This document shows positions 40,256 through 55,376 of a stretch of 64,000 nt of DNA, piece by piece. The number at the start of each line of letters is the position of its first letter. Positions within the stretch are counted from its first letter, which is position 1. The stretch is taken from positions 33,888,732 to 33,952,731 of the forward strand of contig NC_069002.1 in the NCBI RefSeq assembly GCF_001194135.2, read 5' to 3'. Made by a program: the position numbers and the translations under genes. The notes beneath the pieces are model-generated. The model did no database searches. It was not told where the DNA came from and was given only the letters and a program-made list of their open reading frames with translations. This DNA is from Octopus bimaculoides. Taxonomy: Eukaryota.

Positions 40256-41128
40256 ATATTATAGAATACCGAAAAAAAAAAAAAATCAGATACATTAATT
40301 AAATATGCAAACCGTTCTATGATACAGGAATTATAAAAGAAATATAATATGAGAATTATGTGTATAATGTACAGTAAGTACCATTGTAGATATGAAACAG
40401 GAAACTGATTTAAATAACAAAAATAGTGAGAAAACAATTTAAAATCCAAAACGAAGCCAGATGAAATAAATATATATGGAAAAGTATTCATAAATTTTAA
40501 TTGTAATATAATTACAGTTAATATCATTATCATTAGTTAATTGCATTGGGAATATTTCCATTATATTAGCAAATATGTGTTGAAGTGATAAAAATATAAT
40601 AAATTATATCATTACATCGAAATGTGAAAGAACAAAAAAGTAAGAATGACATATTAACATATGAAGTAGATTTTGATTATGTTGTAGATGTGTCTTATTT
40701 TACAACGTAGTTCATGTTTATTAGCGTATGTAGCGTTACGTAATAGATGTCATGAATATAAATTCAAACATATATGAATCTAACAGCATATTTCGAAATG
40801 TGTTTGAAAAATATAAATGTACGGATAATAAAAGTCTACAGAATATAAAAGAGAAAGACAGGTAAAGCAACAACAATAACAAACAAAAAGAAACAAGTAT
40901 TTTGGTTTGAGGCTCGGGAAAAATGCAAAAGCTTTTGACTTTTCGAACCTACGCTTTTCAACAGACAGTGATGAGAGTAAAACAGCGAGACAGAAAGAGA
41001 GAGAGAGAGAAAAAAAGAGGCGAAATGGAGAGGGAATAAACGTGTCGAGATTAATGGATCAACTATATACATAAAAATGTGTGTGATATGTGTGTCTGTA
41101 TGAGCACAAGTGTGTGTGTTTCAGTTTA

Positions 41129-41182
<54 letters not shown>

Positions 41183-41311
41183 TTCATATACCACATGACA
41201 TATACGTGCGCTCGCACACACATATATCCACACATGCATATATGTACATATGTATATATATTTCACTAACTGGAAGAGTTTACGGTGTACCTCAATGACA
41301 GTGTTTCCTGT

Positions 41312-41362
<51 letters not shown>

Positions 41363-42394
41363 CCTGTATGTATGTATAGATAGATAGATAGATAGATCGA
41401 CAGACTCAGTCAGACAAACAGATAGACCGACGGATATATAAATAGATAGATACATAAAACATATGTGCACATACATATATGAGTATATATCTAAGACACG
41501 AGATATGGATTCGTGTAATCCGGTAGTACTCAAAAGAATGCTCCTTAAGGTATCATTCTACAAAACATAAAACTTATCGTACAAGCAAATATGTACTAAG
41601 AGAAATTATAAGGAGTGTGTAAATCTAAAAATGATGGGAGAAATAATATGATGAAATTTATCCAACCATTCGAAAATTCATATATCACAACAAAATGTTT
41701 CTTAACTTTAAGCATGTAAACATACTTTATTTTTGTATATGTAATAATTAATAAATTATAAACAGAAGTGTATGCATATATATATGTACGTGTGTATTTG
41801 TAAGGGAATTGTATATGTCCTTATATTCAATATAATACGTGATAGACGTTAAATAATTTCTACGTCATTATCATTAGGTAGGCTGAAATTTGCAGATAAG
41901 TTTAGCAAGCGGTAGCCTCATCAATATCACCTACAGAACTATTTTATTGGTTTCACATAACTCCTGTTATCGATACCATTAAATTTTTGTTTCCATAGGT
42001 GAGTAATGAGAAGGAGTTAGCAAGGCGCAACGCTCGTACACTTAGACATATACTAAATCATAGACAATAACACAAGCATTTTTACAAAACTACTCAATAT
42101 ACCCTAATCAATGACAATTAGATTCCCACACACAGTTACAGCAAAAATGATACCTTTTTGAGTTCAATGTTAATGGATTTGGCATAAATACATAGCTAAG
42201 CATTTAATGTGTACATTTCGGAAATGGAGTTATTTTTATCTCGTACAAATTTGATGTTTATAAAAAAAAAGAGAGAAAAAACTAAACAACGAAATTAAAA
42301 GTAACACAAAGTTTTTTTTTTTGTTTGTTTCTTCCGTAAACAAATTAGCATAATTGCACACTTCTCGAGGCTTCTGTAATATACCTCGTATTAA

Positions 42395-42429
<35 letters not shown>

Positions 42430-42439
42430 ATATGTATCT

Positions 42440-42496
<57 letters not shown>

Positions 42497-43323
42497 GAAC
42501 ACGCACATAGAGACACACACACATAATCTGTTTGTGGGCGCACAAAATGTTTGCAAGAGAGAGTGTGGGACAGCCTCACAGAGAAACAGAGACAGAGTAA
42601 AAATATTCTACCCACAAAAATTTACAATTCATTCGTACGATAGTTTGCTAAACTAGCAATACAACTCAATTGGTTTTACTAGATACCACACGAACGCTGC
42701 CACTAATCAGAAGAAAGGATGAAAAATCGGTCGGTCAGAGCTGGGATGACATAAATTGTTTTGGTCCAGTATAACAGAGTTGACTTGAGTGTATAGCAAG
42801 AAAAACAATGGCAACAATAACCGATGCAATTGCAACAAAAATCTCGTATCTCTCAAATAGTATTTCCGATATAAGCAAATTCGTCGACATAACGTATAAT
42901 CGCCTCATTAAAATATTTATATATAATGGAATAGACAATAGATCAACGTCAATTTCTATATTGATATAATATTACTGACATATCAGCTTTTGTGAATGTT
43001 GGAACAATCACCTCAGAGTTTGTGCCAAACCAATAATACAACGCCATTCTTCCTTTCATCAGACGCCAACAGCTTTTCATTGTGTTCATTGACTCAAGAA
43101 GTAAAATATATATTTGTCTTTGATATTAATAGGTTTCTTCTGATGTTAGTATGCAATGCAATTGATAATGGCTGTATTTAGGTTCGTGTAAGAGTGTGAG
43201 GAAAGGCGGAGACAGAGAGACATAGAGGGTGAGAGAGCTACAAAGAAGCATACATACACGTATATAGGTTTATATATATATATATATATGTATGCATACA
43301 CTCCCCCCCCACACACACACACT

Positions 43324-43385
<62 letters not shown>

Positions 43386-44506
43386 TGTGTGTGTGTGAGA
43401 GAGAGAGAGTGCGTGTGTACGTCTGCGTGCGTGTTTAGAATCTTCAGACTATCGGATAACATATTGTGTAGCATCTCTTCCGAATCTGTGCATTGTCAGT
43501 TCAATTTAAGCTGTGTTCAAATTTAACTTTCATCCGTCTGGAATCGATTGAAAGATTTAGCGGTCCAGACATTGCATTAAACGTACACTTAGTACATAAC
43601 GTTTGCTGAATTTATTCCAGGTCTTTAGTTTTCCAGTGCACAAGGTAGTGCAGTGTTATTATGCGAATCTAAAAACGAATTGGAAAACAGGCAACGGAAT
43701 GACGTCTGTTCTCTTACAAAATGTCCATAGTTTCAATTCATTTGAAGGTTCCACAATAGCGTAGATTTCATGCCTTTTGCTTTAGTATAATGAAGTTTCT
43801 TTTACATGGACCGTTCTGCAAAACATCAGCGAATATTCTTTGCTGTTCTTGCATATAAGTCAAAGACCAGCCATTCACCATTTTTCGGGGATTATCCGTG
43901 TACATGGTATTGATATACCTTACTGATGACCAAATATCGATATCTACCATTTTCGGTCATTCCAAGGTATTTTGTATTGCCTGCGCTCTGATATCCAGGT
44001 GTTCTATAACACTTCACATCATGTACGGACCTTATTCGGCCGTTATCCCGCAGCAAATGTGGCGCATGAACAAAACACACAAACTACGTATTTGTGATCG
44101 ATAACGTACCAATGTGTGTGTGTCTGTGTGTGTTTATGCATATTTACGCATATGTACCTATGTATGCGTATGTATATTTTCTTATAGACCAGCGTCCTGG
44201 TTTGCATCATACAGGCCCTATGGTGATCCCTAAGCTTAAAAGATTCTTGTAGAGACATGGCATGCTATATAAATCTGCCAAGTTGTTTTATCTACGCAGC
44301 ATGAAACTATTAGTAAATCTTTCTTGAAAATTCTGTGTATGCATGTGTGTGTGTGTGTATACATACATACATACATATATATAAATAGATATGTGTATGT
44401 ATGTATGTATGTATGTATGTTTGTATGTATATATGTGTTTACGGACGCACGTGTGTGTGTGTACATTTATTTTTCTGCGTGTAAAAGTATATCATTGTGT
44501 TTGCAT

Positions 44507-44564
<58 letters not shown>

Positions 44565-45288
44565 CATATATGCATGTGTATACATAAATAAGTAAGAGAA
44601 AGAAGAAAGCAGGTTAATGAGTGATAGACACCGCGATTTCATGAGCAAAAACGTAAAGATACCTAAACACGTGAATAAACATATAGGCACCTTGAAAACA
44701 TTGCGAGAAATAACCTTATAATGACAACACGGCGTATAAGGAGGAGTTGAAGAATACTTGACAATGAAGCATGCCAAAGTTGTATTGATAGAGTCCAAAC
44801 TGTGAATTCTTTCCGTAATTGGCACGTCCGTTCAATGTAACAGCTGAATCGAATTGTTCACCTCAGTTGAGTACATCTGAGAAAGTTCTAGTAGGTTACC
44901 TGCGTTGAATGAAGAAACTTCATCCATTCAGTGTGCTGTTGACTGTTATTAAGTCTCTAGTGGCTTTACGAAGCATTCCAAGTAGCTCAGTCAGCCATTT
45001 ATATTCGTTGTGCAGCAAATAAACATTAACATGTGTTATTGTTGTTCTCGCTATTCATCTCACCTCTTAACTGAATTGTCTCTAGCTTTGTGTATCTCAC
45101 TGTTTCTCTTTCCCTATTTTCCGCTCGCTTTTATTCTGCATTTCTCACTCCCACATACGTGCACTAACTCACTGATTCTCACAAACGTGTGTGTTTTTAC
45201 GCGTGACTATGTTTATATTGGATATATGTACACTAAGGCCAAATGGCACATGCACATATATATATATATATAAGGATCTCTCTTACTA

Positions 45289-45381
<93 letters not shown>

Positions 45382-45687
45382 NNNNNNNNNNNNNNNNNNN
45401 NNNNNNNNNNNNNNNNNNNNNNNNNNNNNNNNNNNNNNNNNNNNNNNNNNNNNNNNNNNNNNNNNNNNNNNNNNNNNNNNNNNNNNNNNNNNNNNNNNNN
45501 NNNNNNGTGGGTAGCTGATGAAGTAGAATGTTCTCTATGTGGCTCGTGTGTTTTCTCGTCTACGTTTGTTTGCAATTTCCTGTACCTAGATATGCACCTA
45601 TACATACAGGTGGATGTCGGTATGCACATACCTGTACGCATATATGCATATACTCATTTACTATTTGTTTGTACATACATGCATATA

Positions 45688-45746
<59 letters not shown>

Positions 45747-48274
45747 AACTAATACATATAGATACATACATACATACACACACATATATATGTATATATT
45801 GTGTGTGTGTGTGTGTCTGTCCGTGTTTATGTATGTAAACATTTATGTATGACGCTGTGTTATCTTTATTTAATGTATTTTATAGAGGAAATATTGTTTA
45901 CACCATAAATCGCAAAACGTGAAAGAGTGCCTTTCAAATTCCAAAACCACAATGCGTTCAAGAAAGTACTTATTTGTTTGTAGTTTAGTTTCTTGCACAG
46001 TTAGTTTATTTTGAACTTGAGAAGTTCTTTCACGCTGAGTCTCAGCAAACGAAATAAATTCTGTTCCTTTCTGATTGGAATATGTTTTTTTGTAGTAGTA
46101 GTTTTGTAAAAGACACCAGTTTAGCAGTGGAAGAGCTTTATGTTTCCAGGTCTTTATGCCCACAGATTCCTAAACCGTTTACTTTAGCTGGGATACATTT
46201 TCAGCTGTCGTACGAGAATGTTGAAACCACTAAAACTACTACAAAATTTATATCATTTTCTTCAAAAAGGACACGATGAAATTTTCACTCTGTTGTCTTT
46301 TGGCCGTTACTACACTAGTTAAAGTACCTTATATTCACTCTACCCGCCTTGGATGAACTTATATTTCGGTACGTAAAACCCTTATCTTCATTAGAATTGG
46401 GAAAACATGAGAGGAAGATAACTGAACATTTTAAAATATGGAACATAGATTTACACCTAAATCCCACACGAATTCTTCTGAATTCTTTAACGCGTTTCCA
46501 ACTGTCCACCATAGCTATATTTTACTGGGTGTACATTTGAAACGTTTTGTATAAAATATATTTCATGGGAAACTTAGGAGGCACAGAATGGGTATAAATT
46601 CATATTTTAAAAGATTTAGTACAACTTCAACTGCAATATTTATCAGCGTCCAATTATTTTTTGATCTACACCGTTTCAGAGTCCCTATGTTAACTATATT
46701 ATCATTTTTCTTGGTGATCAGCTTTTTCTGTAAAGACAGTGAGTTGAACAGCATATAATTTAATCGATATTGAAATAAAATATAATAAATGTAAAAGGAA
46801 CAATGTATTGATACTTTCTCTTCAAAATTTATTCTGTACTAACACATACACACGCATACATATGTGTATGCCTGTGTGTATGTATGTATTTATGTATTTG
46901 TGTATGTATATGTATCTGTGGGTATCTATATATGTATATATATATATATATAATTTCATAAGATATATTTGTTTATGAATAATATCGTTGAGAAAAAATG
47001 GAGTAAAATAGTATATATGTAATACTAGCGGTGCAGCAAAAAAAAAAACAATAAACCGAAGAAAGCATGTATCAGTAAAAATTACATGAAACCAACAAGT
47101 ATAGGAGACGAAAGCACAGGCTCCCTCAAATAATAAATCTAGAAAATGCGTTCGTGAATCCCTACAGAGGGAAACTGACAGAAAGATTGCAAAAACAATG
47201 CAATACCAACTCAAAAACACCGCATCAAATATCTCATGTAGATAGTGAAACATATTCTGAAGAAAATTAGAGGAAAGCTTTATTTTTTAAACTTACTACT
47301 ACTGTCGCTTTAGAATTCACTAGTTATTCGGGAAAGCGTATGAAATAACATTAATATAACTCATTCAAGCACCAGCTTCCGTTATTAATGGATTAAGCAT
47401 ATATCAAGCAAAGGGTGTTCATATTTATCCTCGGATTAGACTATATTTTATAGTACCGTCAAATATTATGAATATATGTTAGAAATATGATGTTTACAGA
47501 GAAAAAAAAAACTGTTATTGAGAATAGGATTCACTAAAACCAATTGAAAACCCCGTTTTGTAATGTAGGGTTTTATTTTATTTGAACATAGCTCCTAATA
47601 ATGTTAGACGCTAATTAATTCTGACAGATCACAGTTTCCAGAGCTACCCTCACAGTTCATAAGATTGTTAACAGAAATTCGTTGAAAACCAGCTTAAATT
47701 GTCTAGGCAGATTTATTGTGACAATGAAATAATTAGAAGATATTATCTACCAGAATATCTTGAAACGAGTTGCATCTTCTTTCACTTAACCGCTTCATAA
47801 GGCAATTATATTTAAATGTTTGTATGCGTGTGCATTTGTGTTTAAAATGTGTTATATGCAGATAAGCGCATGTATTTTACCCATAGATGCATGCGTATAA
47901 AAGCAAATCTCAGTGTTTGAGGGTTCGTCTTTTTAAGCATGAAGAGCATGGTGCTATTACATCAAAAGTTACTTTTAATAGGCGTATTATATCGCAATTT
48001 TTTTTTATTAGATAAACCTCTGCCAGACTTTGAATTCGTCAATGGATTCAAGTTGAGGTGTCCCAGCCTACTGTCCCCCTGTGTTCGATGTTGAAGAGTT
48101 TGGCTGAAGTATACATTATGGGTTAAAGTGTGTGTAGAGTTCTGAAACATTGTCAAATTTTAATACTGAAAAGTATATGGGTTCAGCGATCGAAACATCT
48201 TGGACACAAGTATCATCGAAACATTAGAGAAAGAGACTTGTAAGTAGATAGTGATATTAGTTTAAAATTTTGGC

Positions 48275-48441
48275 AGTTTGTGGCGAGGTAAGAGTAAGCC
48301 GATTACCGCAACCCTGTTGTTTAACTGGTTTATGATTTATGGACCCAGAACGGGTAACGATAAAGTTGATTTTGAACTCATAACGAAAAGATGCCGCTTA
48401 GCATCTTATCCAGTGAGCTAATGGTTCTACCAGCTCACCGC
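48275..48441 (-). mobile_element. SINE family B, decayed
   Basis: ...tttgaactcataacg...cttagcat...gctaatggttctaccagctcaccgc. Confidence 0.7.
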
Positions 48442-49241
48442 ATTAGTGTAGGTAGAAATATTAATAGTTATAATGTATGGTAAATGGAACCATAGATATT
48501 TAGAGATCTAGATAGCGCATCAATAAGAGAGAAAATTCTATTTCTAACATCGTATATTGGTAGTATTCTATAAATAAATATAGATATCAATCTAAAATAA
48601 CATTAATTTAAATTTTGTCTTGCTCAAACAAGTCTCTCAAACACAAGATGGATTGTACACTTGAAAGATTAGTGAAGCAGAAAGAAAATTATTCGACAAA
48701 ACTTTCGTCTTCTCCAAAATAAAAAAAAATAGCAAAAACAAAAAAAAAAGCATTGCTCAAAAGAAAATATTGAGTAAATTCTTATAAAAAGTGTAAAAGA
48801 CAGATCACCGTGTAATTTCAATTTGGCATTAATGACTCTTGGAACATTCTGGATATGTTTGCGTTGTTTGCTTTTTATCCATTCTTATATATTTTGTCAA
48901 TGTGTTTTCTTTTACTCCCTATAATCGCCATTAATATTAATGTTGTTACTGTTGTTATATTAACTTCTTAATCATCAATTTATTGATATAACCAAATAAT
49001 TCGTTATTGTCATATTTATTTTTATTCTTCAGGTTTTTTTTTGTTACTACGGCTCTTTTAATTGTTATTTTTCATTATTATTATTATTAACAGCATTATG
49101 AATTATAAATAATGTTTTTATACGTATTATTTTTAGTTTCAAAAAACATTTTGAATAAACTAAATTAATATATAGTGTCAAAATATCGTTCAACCATGTA
49201 AACATGCATATATATGTGTATATATAGAGAGAGGAGAGAGC

Positions 49242-49272
<31 letters not shown>

Positions 49273-49610
49273 AAGTGTATGTGTAGTTGTGGGTGAATCT
49301 TTGCTTGTGTGTACATGCATGTAAGTGTGTGTTTTAAGAAAATTTATATTCGGTTCGATTGGTCAATGTTGTTTGTGTGTGTCTGTATCAACGAATTTCT
49401 ATTTATGTACGTTACTACGTCTTCATTCAGAGTCTGTAAACACTATCTGCAGACGTACACCATAAATATATCTGTACATGGGCTAATTGTGGTGTCTGCA
49501 TCTTCATGTCTTCTTTTGTTTATATAACACTCTGCGAGAGCCTATACTTACCCGTCTCACATGCATCTACATGTATACAAATATACATTGCTCTACACTG
49601 TCTGTGTATC

Positions 49611-49980
49611 TGTTATTGGCATCCTTTTGTCTCGGGAGACAATGGAGTTGCGCATAAACTTATCTAGTCTGTTTTTAACATTTCATGTCCACTCCAGTTT
49701 CTTCTCCGATTTTGCGCAGGCCTGGGCTAGATGTAAAAAAATCCTGGGTAGCCCAATCGTCAGGATTCCTTTCTCGACCTTGCTGTCGTTGACCAAAGGA
49801 GTGCAGAGCATTACGCTTGATTCCAGCTTGGTTGCAGCACCTGTCGAAAGAGTGTCGAGTGGAACACTAAACCGCCTACGGGGACCCACTCCAGATTTCT
49901 TCGAAGGTTGTGTCCTTTCCATAACCCTACAAAGGGGACCACACGAGATTCGTGTCAGGCAGGTTTTTCAATCCCTGAAG
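49611..49980 (-). mobile_element. Non-LTR (probably RTE-type) retroelement 3' region
   Basis: GC-rich island. Minus-strand end CTCCATTGTCTCCCGAGACAAAAGGATGCCAATAACA has a perfect hairpin TTGTCTC-CC-GAGACAA (49627-49642). Family assignment is from recalled similarity only. Confidence 0.6.
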
Positions 49981-50139
49981 TAGTTAAGAAAATCGCTACC
50001 CACTACCTATGTGTATCTGTATGTACATATATTTCGTTATTTAGTAAAGCGCCACACATACAACCAAATCTGATTCACTTACCTTCTTATTTGTCTGAAG
50101 CCACGACGTTCGCACATCAATGGCTATACAAATTAAAAG

Positions 50140-50290
50140 TGTGGATGTGTAGTAAGAAGCTTGTTTCCCAGCAACATAGTTCCGGTTTCAGTCCCACTGC
50201 GTGGCACCTTGGGCAAGTGTCTTCTACTATAGCCTCGGTCAGACCAAAGCCTCATGAGTGGATTTGGTTGACGGAAATTGAAAGAAGCCT
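50140..50290 (+). mobile_element. SINE family C, 5' half, running into (TA)n and gap
   Basis: gtagtaagaagcttgtttccc...ttcagtcccactgcgtggcaccttgggcaagtgtcttctactatagcctcgg. Confidence 0.85.
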
Positions 50291-50310
50291 TATATCTATA
50301 TATCTATCTA

Positions 50311-50343
<33 letters not shown>

Positions 50344-52029
50344 NNNNNNNNNNNNNNNNNNNNNNNNNNNNNNNNNNNNNNNNNNNNNNNNNNNNNNNNN
50401 NNNNNNNNNNNNNNNNNNNNNNNNNNNNNNNNNNNNNNNNNNNNNNNNNNNNNNNNNNNNNNNNNNNNNNNNNNNNNNNNNNNNNNNNNNNNNNNNNNNN
50501 NNNNNNNNNNNNNNNNNNNNNNNNNNNNNNNNNNNNNNNNNNNNNNNNNNNNNNNNNNNNNNNNNNNNNNNNNNNNNNNNNNNNNNNNNNNNNNNNNNNN
50601 NNNNNNNNNNNNNNNNNNNNNNNNNNNNNNNNNNNNNNNNNNNNNNNNNNNNNNNNNNNNNNNNNNNNNNNNNNNNNNNNNNNNNNNNNNNNNNNNNNNN
50701 NNNNNNNNNNNNNNNNNNNNNNNNNNNNNNNNNNNNNNNNNNNNNNNNNNNNNNNNNNNNNNNNNNNNNNNNNNNNNNNNNNNNNNNNNNNNNNNNNNNN
50801 NNNNNNNNNNNNNNNNNNNNNNNNNNNNNNNNNNNNNNNNNNNNNNNNNNNNNNNNNNNNNNNNNNNNNNNNNNNNNNNNNNNNNNNNNNNNNNNNNNNN
50901 NNNNNNNNNNNNNNNNNNNNNNNNNNNNNNNNNNNNNNNNNNNNNNNNNNNNNNNNNNNNNNNNNNNNNNNNNNNNNNNNNNNNNNNNNNNNNNNNNNNN
51001 NNNNNNNNNNNNNNNNNNNNNNNNNNNNNNNNNNNNNNNNNNNNNNNNNNNNNNNNNNNNNNNNNNNNNNNNNNNNNNNNNNNNNNNNNNNNNNNNNNNN
51101 NNNNNNNNNNNNNNNNNNNNNNNNNNNNNNNNNNNNNNNNNNNNNNNNNNNNNNNNNNNNNNNNNNNNNNNNNNNNNNNNNNNNNNNNNNNNNNNNNNNN
51201 NNNNNNNNNNNNNNNNNNNATATATATATATATACATACATTCACAGATGTTAGGTTAATATGGAAACAAAACTTATATTGTAATTGTTTAGATATTTAT
51301 TACTGATGTTAACTTGACATTAAACTAATAGACAAAACTCACGTCAGCTATATCAGTTATTACATTTGAATGGGATAAAATATTTTACAATACTGCTGAA
51401 ATCAGCTGATCAGGTGTGATTGAATTAAATTCTTGTAAACATCACATTTCATTACTTATGAATTAGAAATATATTGTCTGATTTTCTTTTTTCCCTTCGT
51501 GTGATTTGACTTAGAAGTGGATACACATGGCTTGTAAACAGCTGATAATTGATGGCGTTTAAGATATTGCAAACTAAATTTATGCCTGTCATAACGTATG
51601 TAATTAGTTCTTTAAAGCGGGTATAATTATCGATATTTGCTTGATAATTATAAATGATCTCAAGGCAAAATGTTGCCATTGAGCTAGGAGGCAGTGCAGA
51701 AAATAGCTGCGATGCTATATATGAGAGAGCGAGAAAATTTTAAGGATCAGATAAAATCAAGCTATTGGAATAGTTAAGGCACCAAAGTAGACCTGCGGAT
51801 AGCACACATGCACACTTGCTATGAGCACTGATTGAATATGCATCACTCCATTTATACGTAAATTTACAAATACTATACTGACCGAATACACAACGTGTAT
51901 GCGAGGTCTCACGGGAGTACACACACGGTACGTATTTCACAGTCGACTATAGTCTCCAGATCCGATCGTTAACACGAACTTCCACCTCAGATCCACACGA
52001 TACATTTTAGTCAGAAAATGTTTGTTACA

Positions 52030-52170
52030 CATTTTACCGGTTGAGTGGACGTGAGTAGAGTAAAGTAGAGTATTTTGCTTGCTCAAGAGCACAAACCATT
52101 GCTCGTTCAAAGAATCGAAGCCGCAGTTTTATAACCATAGGCACTATGCCGAACCCATAAGATGCGCAAC
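52030..52170 (-). mobile_element. Decayed tRNA-headed SINE fragment
   Basis: ttgctcaagagcacaaacc...gaatcgaagcc is the reverse complement of a B-box-like GGCTTCGATTC followed by tgtgctcttgagcaa, similar to the family A head. Confidence 0.4.
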
Positions 52171-52202
52171 TCCGCACACACGAGTGCAAACATACGCATA
52201 CA

Positions 52203-52206
<4 letters not shown>

Positions 52207-52271
<65 letters not shown>
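52207..52271. repeat. (TG)n microsatellite
   Basis: Perfect run of about 32 units. Confidence 0.97.
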
Positions 52272-52273
<2 letters not shown>

Positions 52274-52280
52274 TAGTATT

Positions 52281-52507
52281 CTATCCGGCGCGGTAACGAT
52301 TCTGCCAGCTCGACGGCTTAAATTTGTCTTCTATTAATCCTTTCTACTATAGGCACAATGCCTGGTGTTTCGGGGGGAGGGGAGTAGTCGAGGTCATCGA
52401 CCCCAGTGTTTCACTGGTACTTAATTTATCGACTCCGACAAAATAAAGGGCAAAGTCGACCTCGGCATTTTTCCTCAGCACGGAAACGTCTCTGCCGACT
52501 CGCCGCC
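52281..52507 (-). mobile_element. SINE family B (52336-52507) followed by a second head fragment (52281-52317)
   Basis: Minus strand: ggcggcgagtcggcagag...tagaaaggatt, then gccgtcgagctggcagaatcgttaccgcgccgga, cut off just before (CA)n. Confidence 0.8.
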
Positions 52508-52628
52508 CTAAATTTGTCTCCTAATAAATAATAGCAACGTCATGAATATAGAAAAACTACAGCAAATGCACCACGACGACCACCACTACGAACAACACCA
52601 ACTGCGTCATTCAGTACCCCCACCCCTT

Positions 52629-52630
52629 AC

Positions 52631-52676
<46 letters not shown>

Positions 52677-52700
52677 TCCATCATCATCGTCAACATCAAC
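52629..52700. repeat. (CAT)n microsatellite
   Basis: About 15 perfect CAT units. Confidence 0.95.
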
Positions 52701-54973
52701 GGCGTTATTATATATTCGTTTCAGGTCTAAGCACATGAGTTAGGCTATTATTTGTGATTGAAAGCTGCTATTCTCCTGGGTCGGTGTACTCTGGTCTTTC
52801 ACTGTACCACACAAATGTATCTCACTCTCTGTCTGTTTCTGTTTTTGCTATATTATTCAGTATTATGTCGTTAATTTGCTTGTAGTCGATGTTTGTGGTG
52901 ACGGTTCATGTGAATGTTGTTGCTGCTGTTGTTCTCGCTTTTATTGCTGCCGTTGTCGTGGTATGTGTTGTTGTTGTTGTTGTTGTTGCTGTTTGTTTAA
53001 AGCGTGTCCCTTTATGTAGTCGGCCTCTTCTGAAGAGCCGAAGTATTCCACCTGCTGGAGTAACATGAAAGGAACGCGGCGCGGAGAAAATCGAAATGAA
53101 AAGCGTCGGTGTGAGAGACCTGGATTGACGGGGAAAATATTAAATAGAGAGTAAGATATGACGGGAGGGGAAGGAGGAGGCCGAGGGAATAGAGATAGAG
53201 AAAGATGTAGGGAAAAGAGAGAGGGGGGAAGAATAGGTAGAGAAAAGAGGAGGAAGAATAGGTAGAGAGAAGATAGAGAGAGGGAACGAGAGAACGAGTG
53301 ATATAGATACATATGGAAACATGCGCACATACACACACATAAACACACACAGACATACCAACACGCGCGCGCAAACGCAGACACACAGACATACAAAGAG
53401 AGACTGCTGGAGAGCAAAAGTGGTTACTAAAAAAAAAAAACAAAGTGAAAAGAGAAAAAACAACTCCTAAACGTTTTAGAGTTGAAAAGTCACATTGTCA
53501 GTAAGATTCAATCTAACATTGTCAAAGTTTTCTACCTACAAAGATAGCCTTTCTACCCTTTTCCTACCCGATTCCACTCCATTTAACTCTTCCTTTAGTA
53601 TCTCTATTGAAGACATCTAAGAGGAGGTGGAGGAGGAGAAAAAAGTCGCGGAAGAGTAGGAAGAGAAAGGTGGCAGAGGGAAAAAAGGAGAAGCGGAGCA
53701 GGAGGAGAATGAACAGGTAGTGGATAAGTTAGAGAAAAAAGGAAGATTTTGAAATGAAAGGTAGAAGAGGAGGAACATGGCGGCTTTACGAAATATCTTT
53801 CTATTTTTGTTTCTTTGTTTTTTTCCGTGTTTTGTTTTTAAGTGGGTTATTTATTTTTCTCCCCATTCAAGCATTTTATTTATTTATCTTCATTTTTATT
53901 TATTTACCTTTTTTGTATATTCCGCCTCTGCCATTCTTCAATGTATGTTCCCTTGTTACATGTCATTTAGTAATGGATGTAGGAACAGAATAACCAAAAA
54001 AAAAAAAAAAACACACAAACACAACAGCCACTACAACAACAACAACAATAATAATAATAATAAAAATAAAGCAATAAAAATATTGCAAATAATAATATTC
54101 TGAGTGTGTAGCTGAATTCGATGTCATCTAAAAGAAGTAATATATATGTTTGTGTGTTTGAGTCTAATTGTGTGCGTTTGCGTGCGAGTGCGTGTGCGTG
54201 TGTGCGTGTGTGTGTGTGTATTTTTATTCTGAAATATAATAAAGCAGTTTGGTATACAACAAGGGATTGTCTTGTAATGTTAACAAACCAAAAACTTACA
54301 GTCAAATTGCTTCGACAATCTACTGCAAGATGAAAGTGGTGGAAAAATCAGGAAATGCAACCTCTTGAGATGGAATTATGGCATCTGCAAATCTTCCCAT
54401 CTGTAAAGACACACAGACATGCTTGATATGTAAGGAGTTAGCATAGCATAAAATTACACAAAAGTGAAAGAAACGCTTTTGGAATTTTTTCATCCAGTCA
54501 TTGGAATGACATTAAAATCAGAAAAGAATTCCTCAAATACATCGAAGAACACTAAAAAAAGAAAAGAAAACAACAACAGAATACAAAGCAAAACCTAGAA
54601 CCAAACAAACGAAAAATAAATAAATCAACAATAGATAAATAAATGCTTATAGAATATGCGATAACATTATCATATTATATATGAAATATTCGGTAAAAAT
54701 ATCCGACAAAGCAACGGGAGTCTTACGTAAAGGCTGACAATGAGTATTTTTCTGGTTTCTGTTTCATAAAAAAGTAATCATTCGAATCCAGTAATATTTA
54801 TGGTGTTCCTCTGGTGGTTGCGTCAGTATAATACTGAAATTGTATGCGAGGCGATAATATTTAATGTGTGGTGTATATGATTCTAATTGTTTATCTTTCT
54901 CTGATGACGTTTTCGTCACCATTCTCACTTGATTGTAGTCTACAATGGCGAGATCTTTTCGGCTTATATTTTT

Positions 54974-55331
54974 GTTTGTTTCAGCCATTTGACTGCGGCC
55001 ATGCTGGGGTATCGCCTCTAGTCGAACACATCGACCCCAGGACTTAGTCTTTGTAAGCCTAGTACTTATTATATTGGTCTCTTTTGCCGAATCGATAAGA
55101 CATGGGGACGTAAACACAGAAACATCGGTTGTCAAGCGATGATGTGTGAGATAGACACACACACACACAAACGTACACACACACACACACACATACACAT
55201 ACGACAAGCTTCCTTCAGTTTCCGTCTACCAAATCTACTTACAAGTTTCTGGTCGGCCCGAGCCCGAGGCTATAATACAAGGTGAACCATGTGGTCGGAA
55301 AGCAAGAAACTTGCAACACAGTTACTCCTAC

Positions 55332-55332
<1 letters not shown>
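54974..55332 (-). mobile_element. SINE family C, near full length, B-box region deleted
   Basis: Matches 34949-35320 in reverse. The cgggttcagtcccactg segment is missing between gttc and ttgtattatagcc. Confidence 0.85.

Positions 55333-55376
<44 letters not shown>

Noticed and set aside
43768-44104. Overlapping short ORFs in a GC-balanced block, possibly a transposon remnant
   Set aside because: No motif I could assign with confidence; a profile search is needed.
53020-53041. Near-palindrome tcggcctcttctgaagagccga containing CTGAAGA
   Set aside because: One-nucleotide loop, no downstream GAAA in hammerhead geometry, and plausible by chance.
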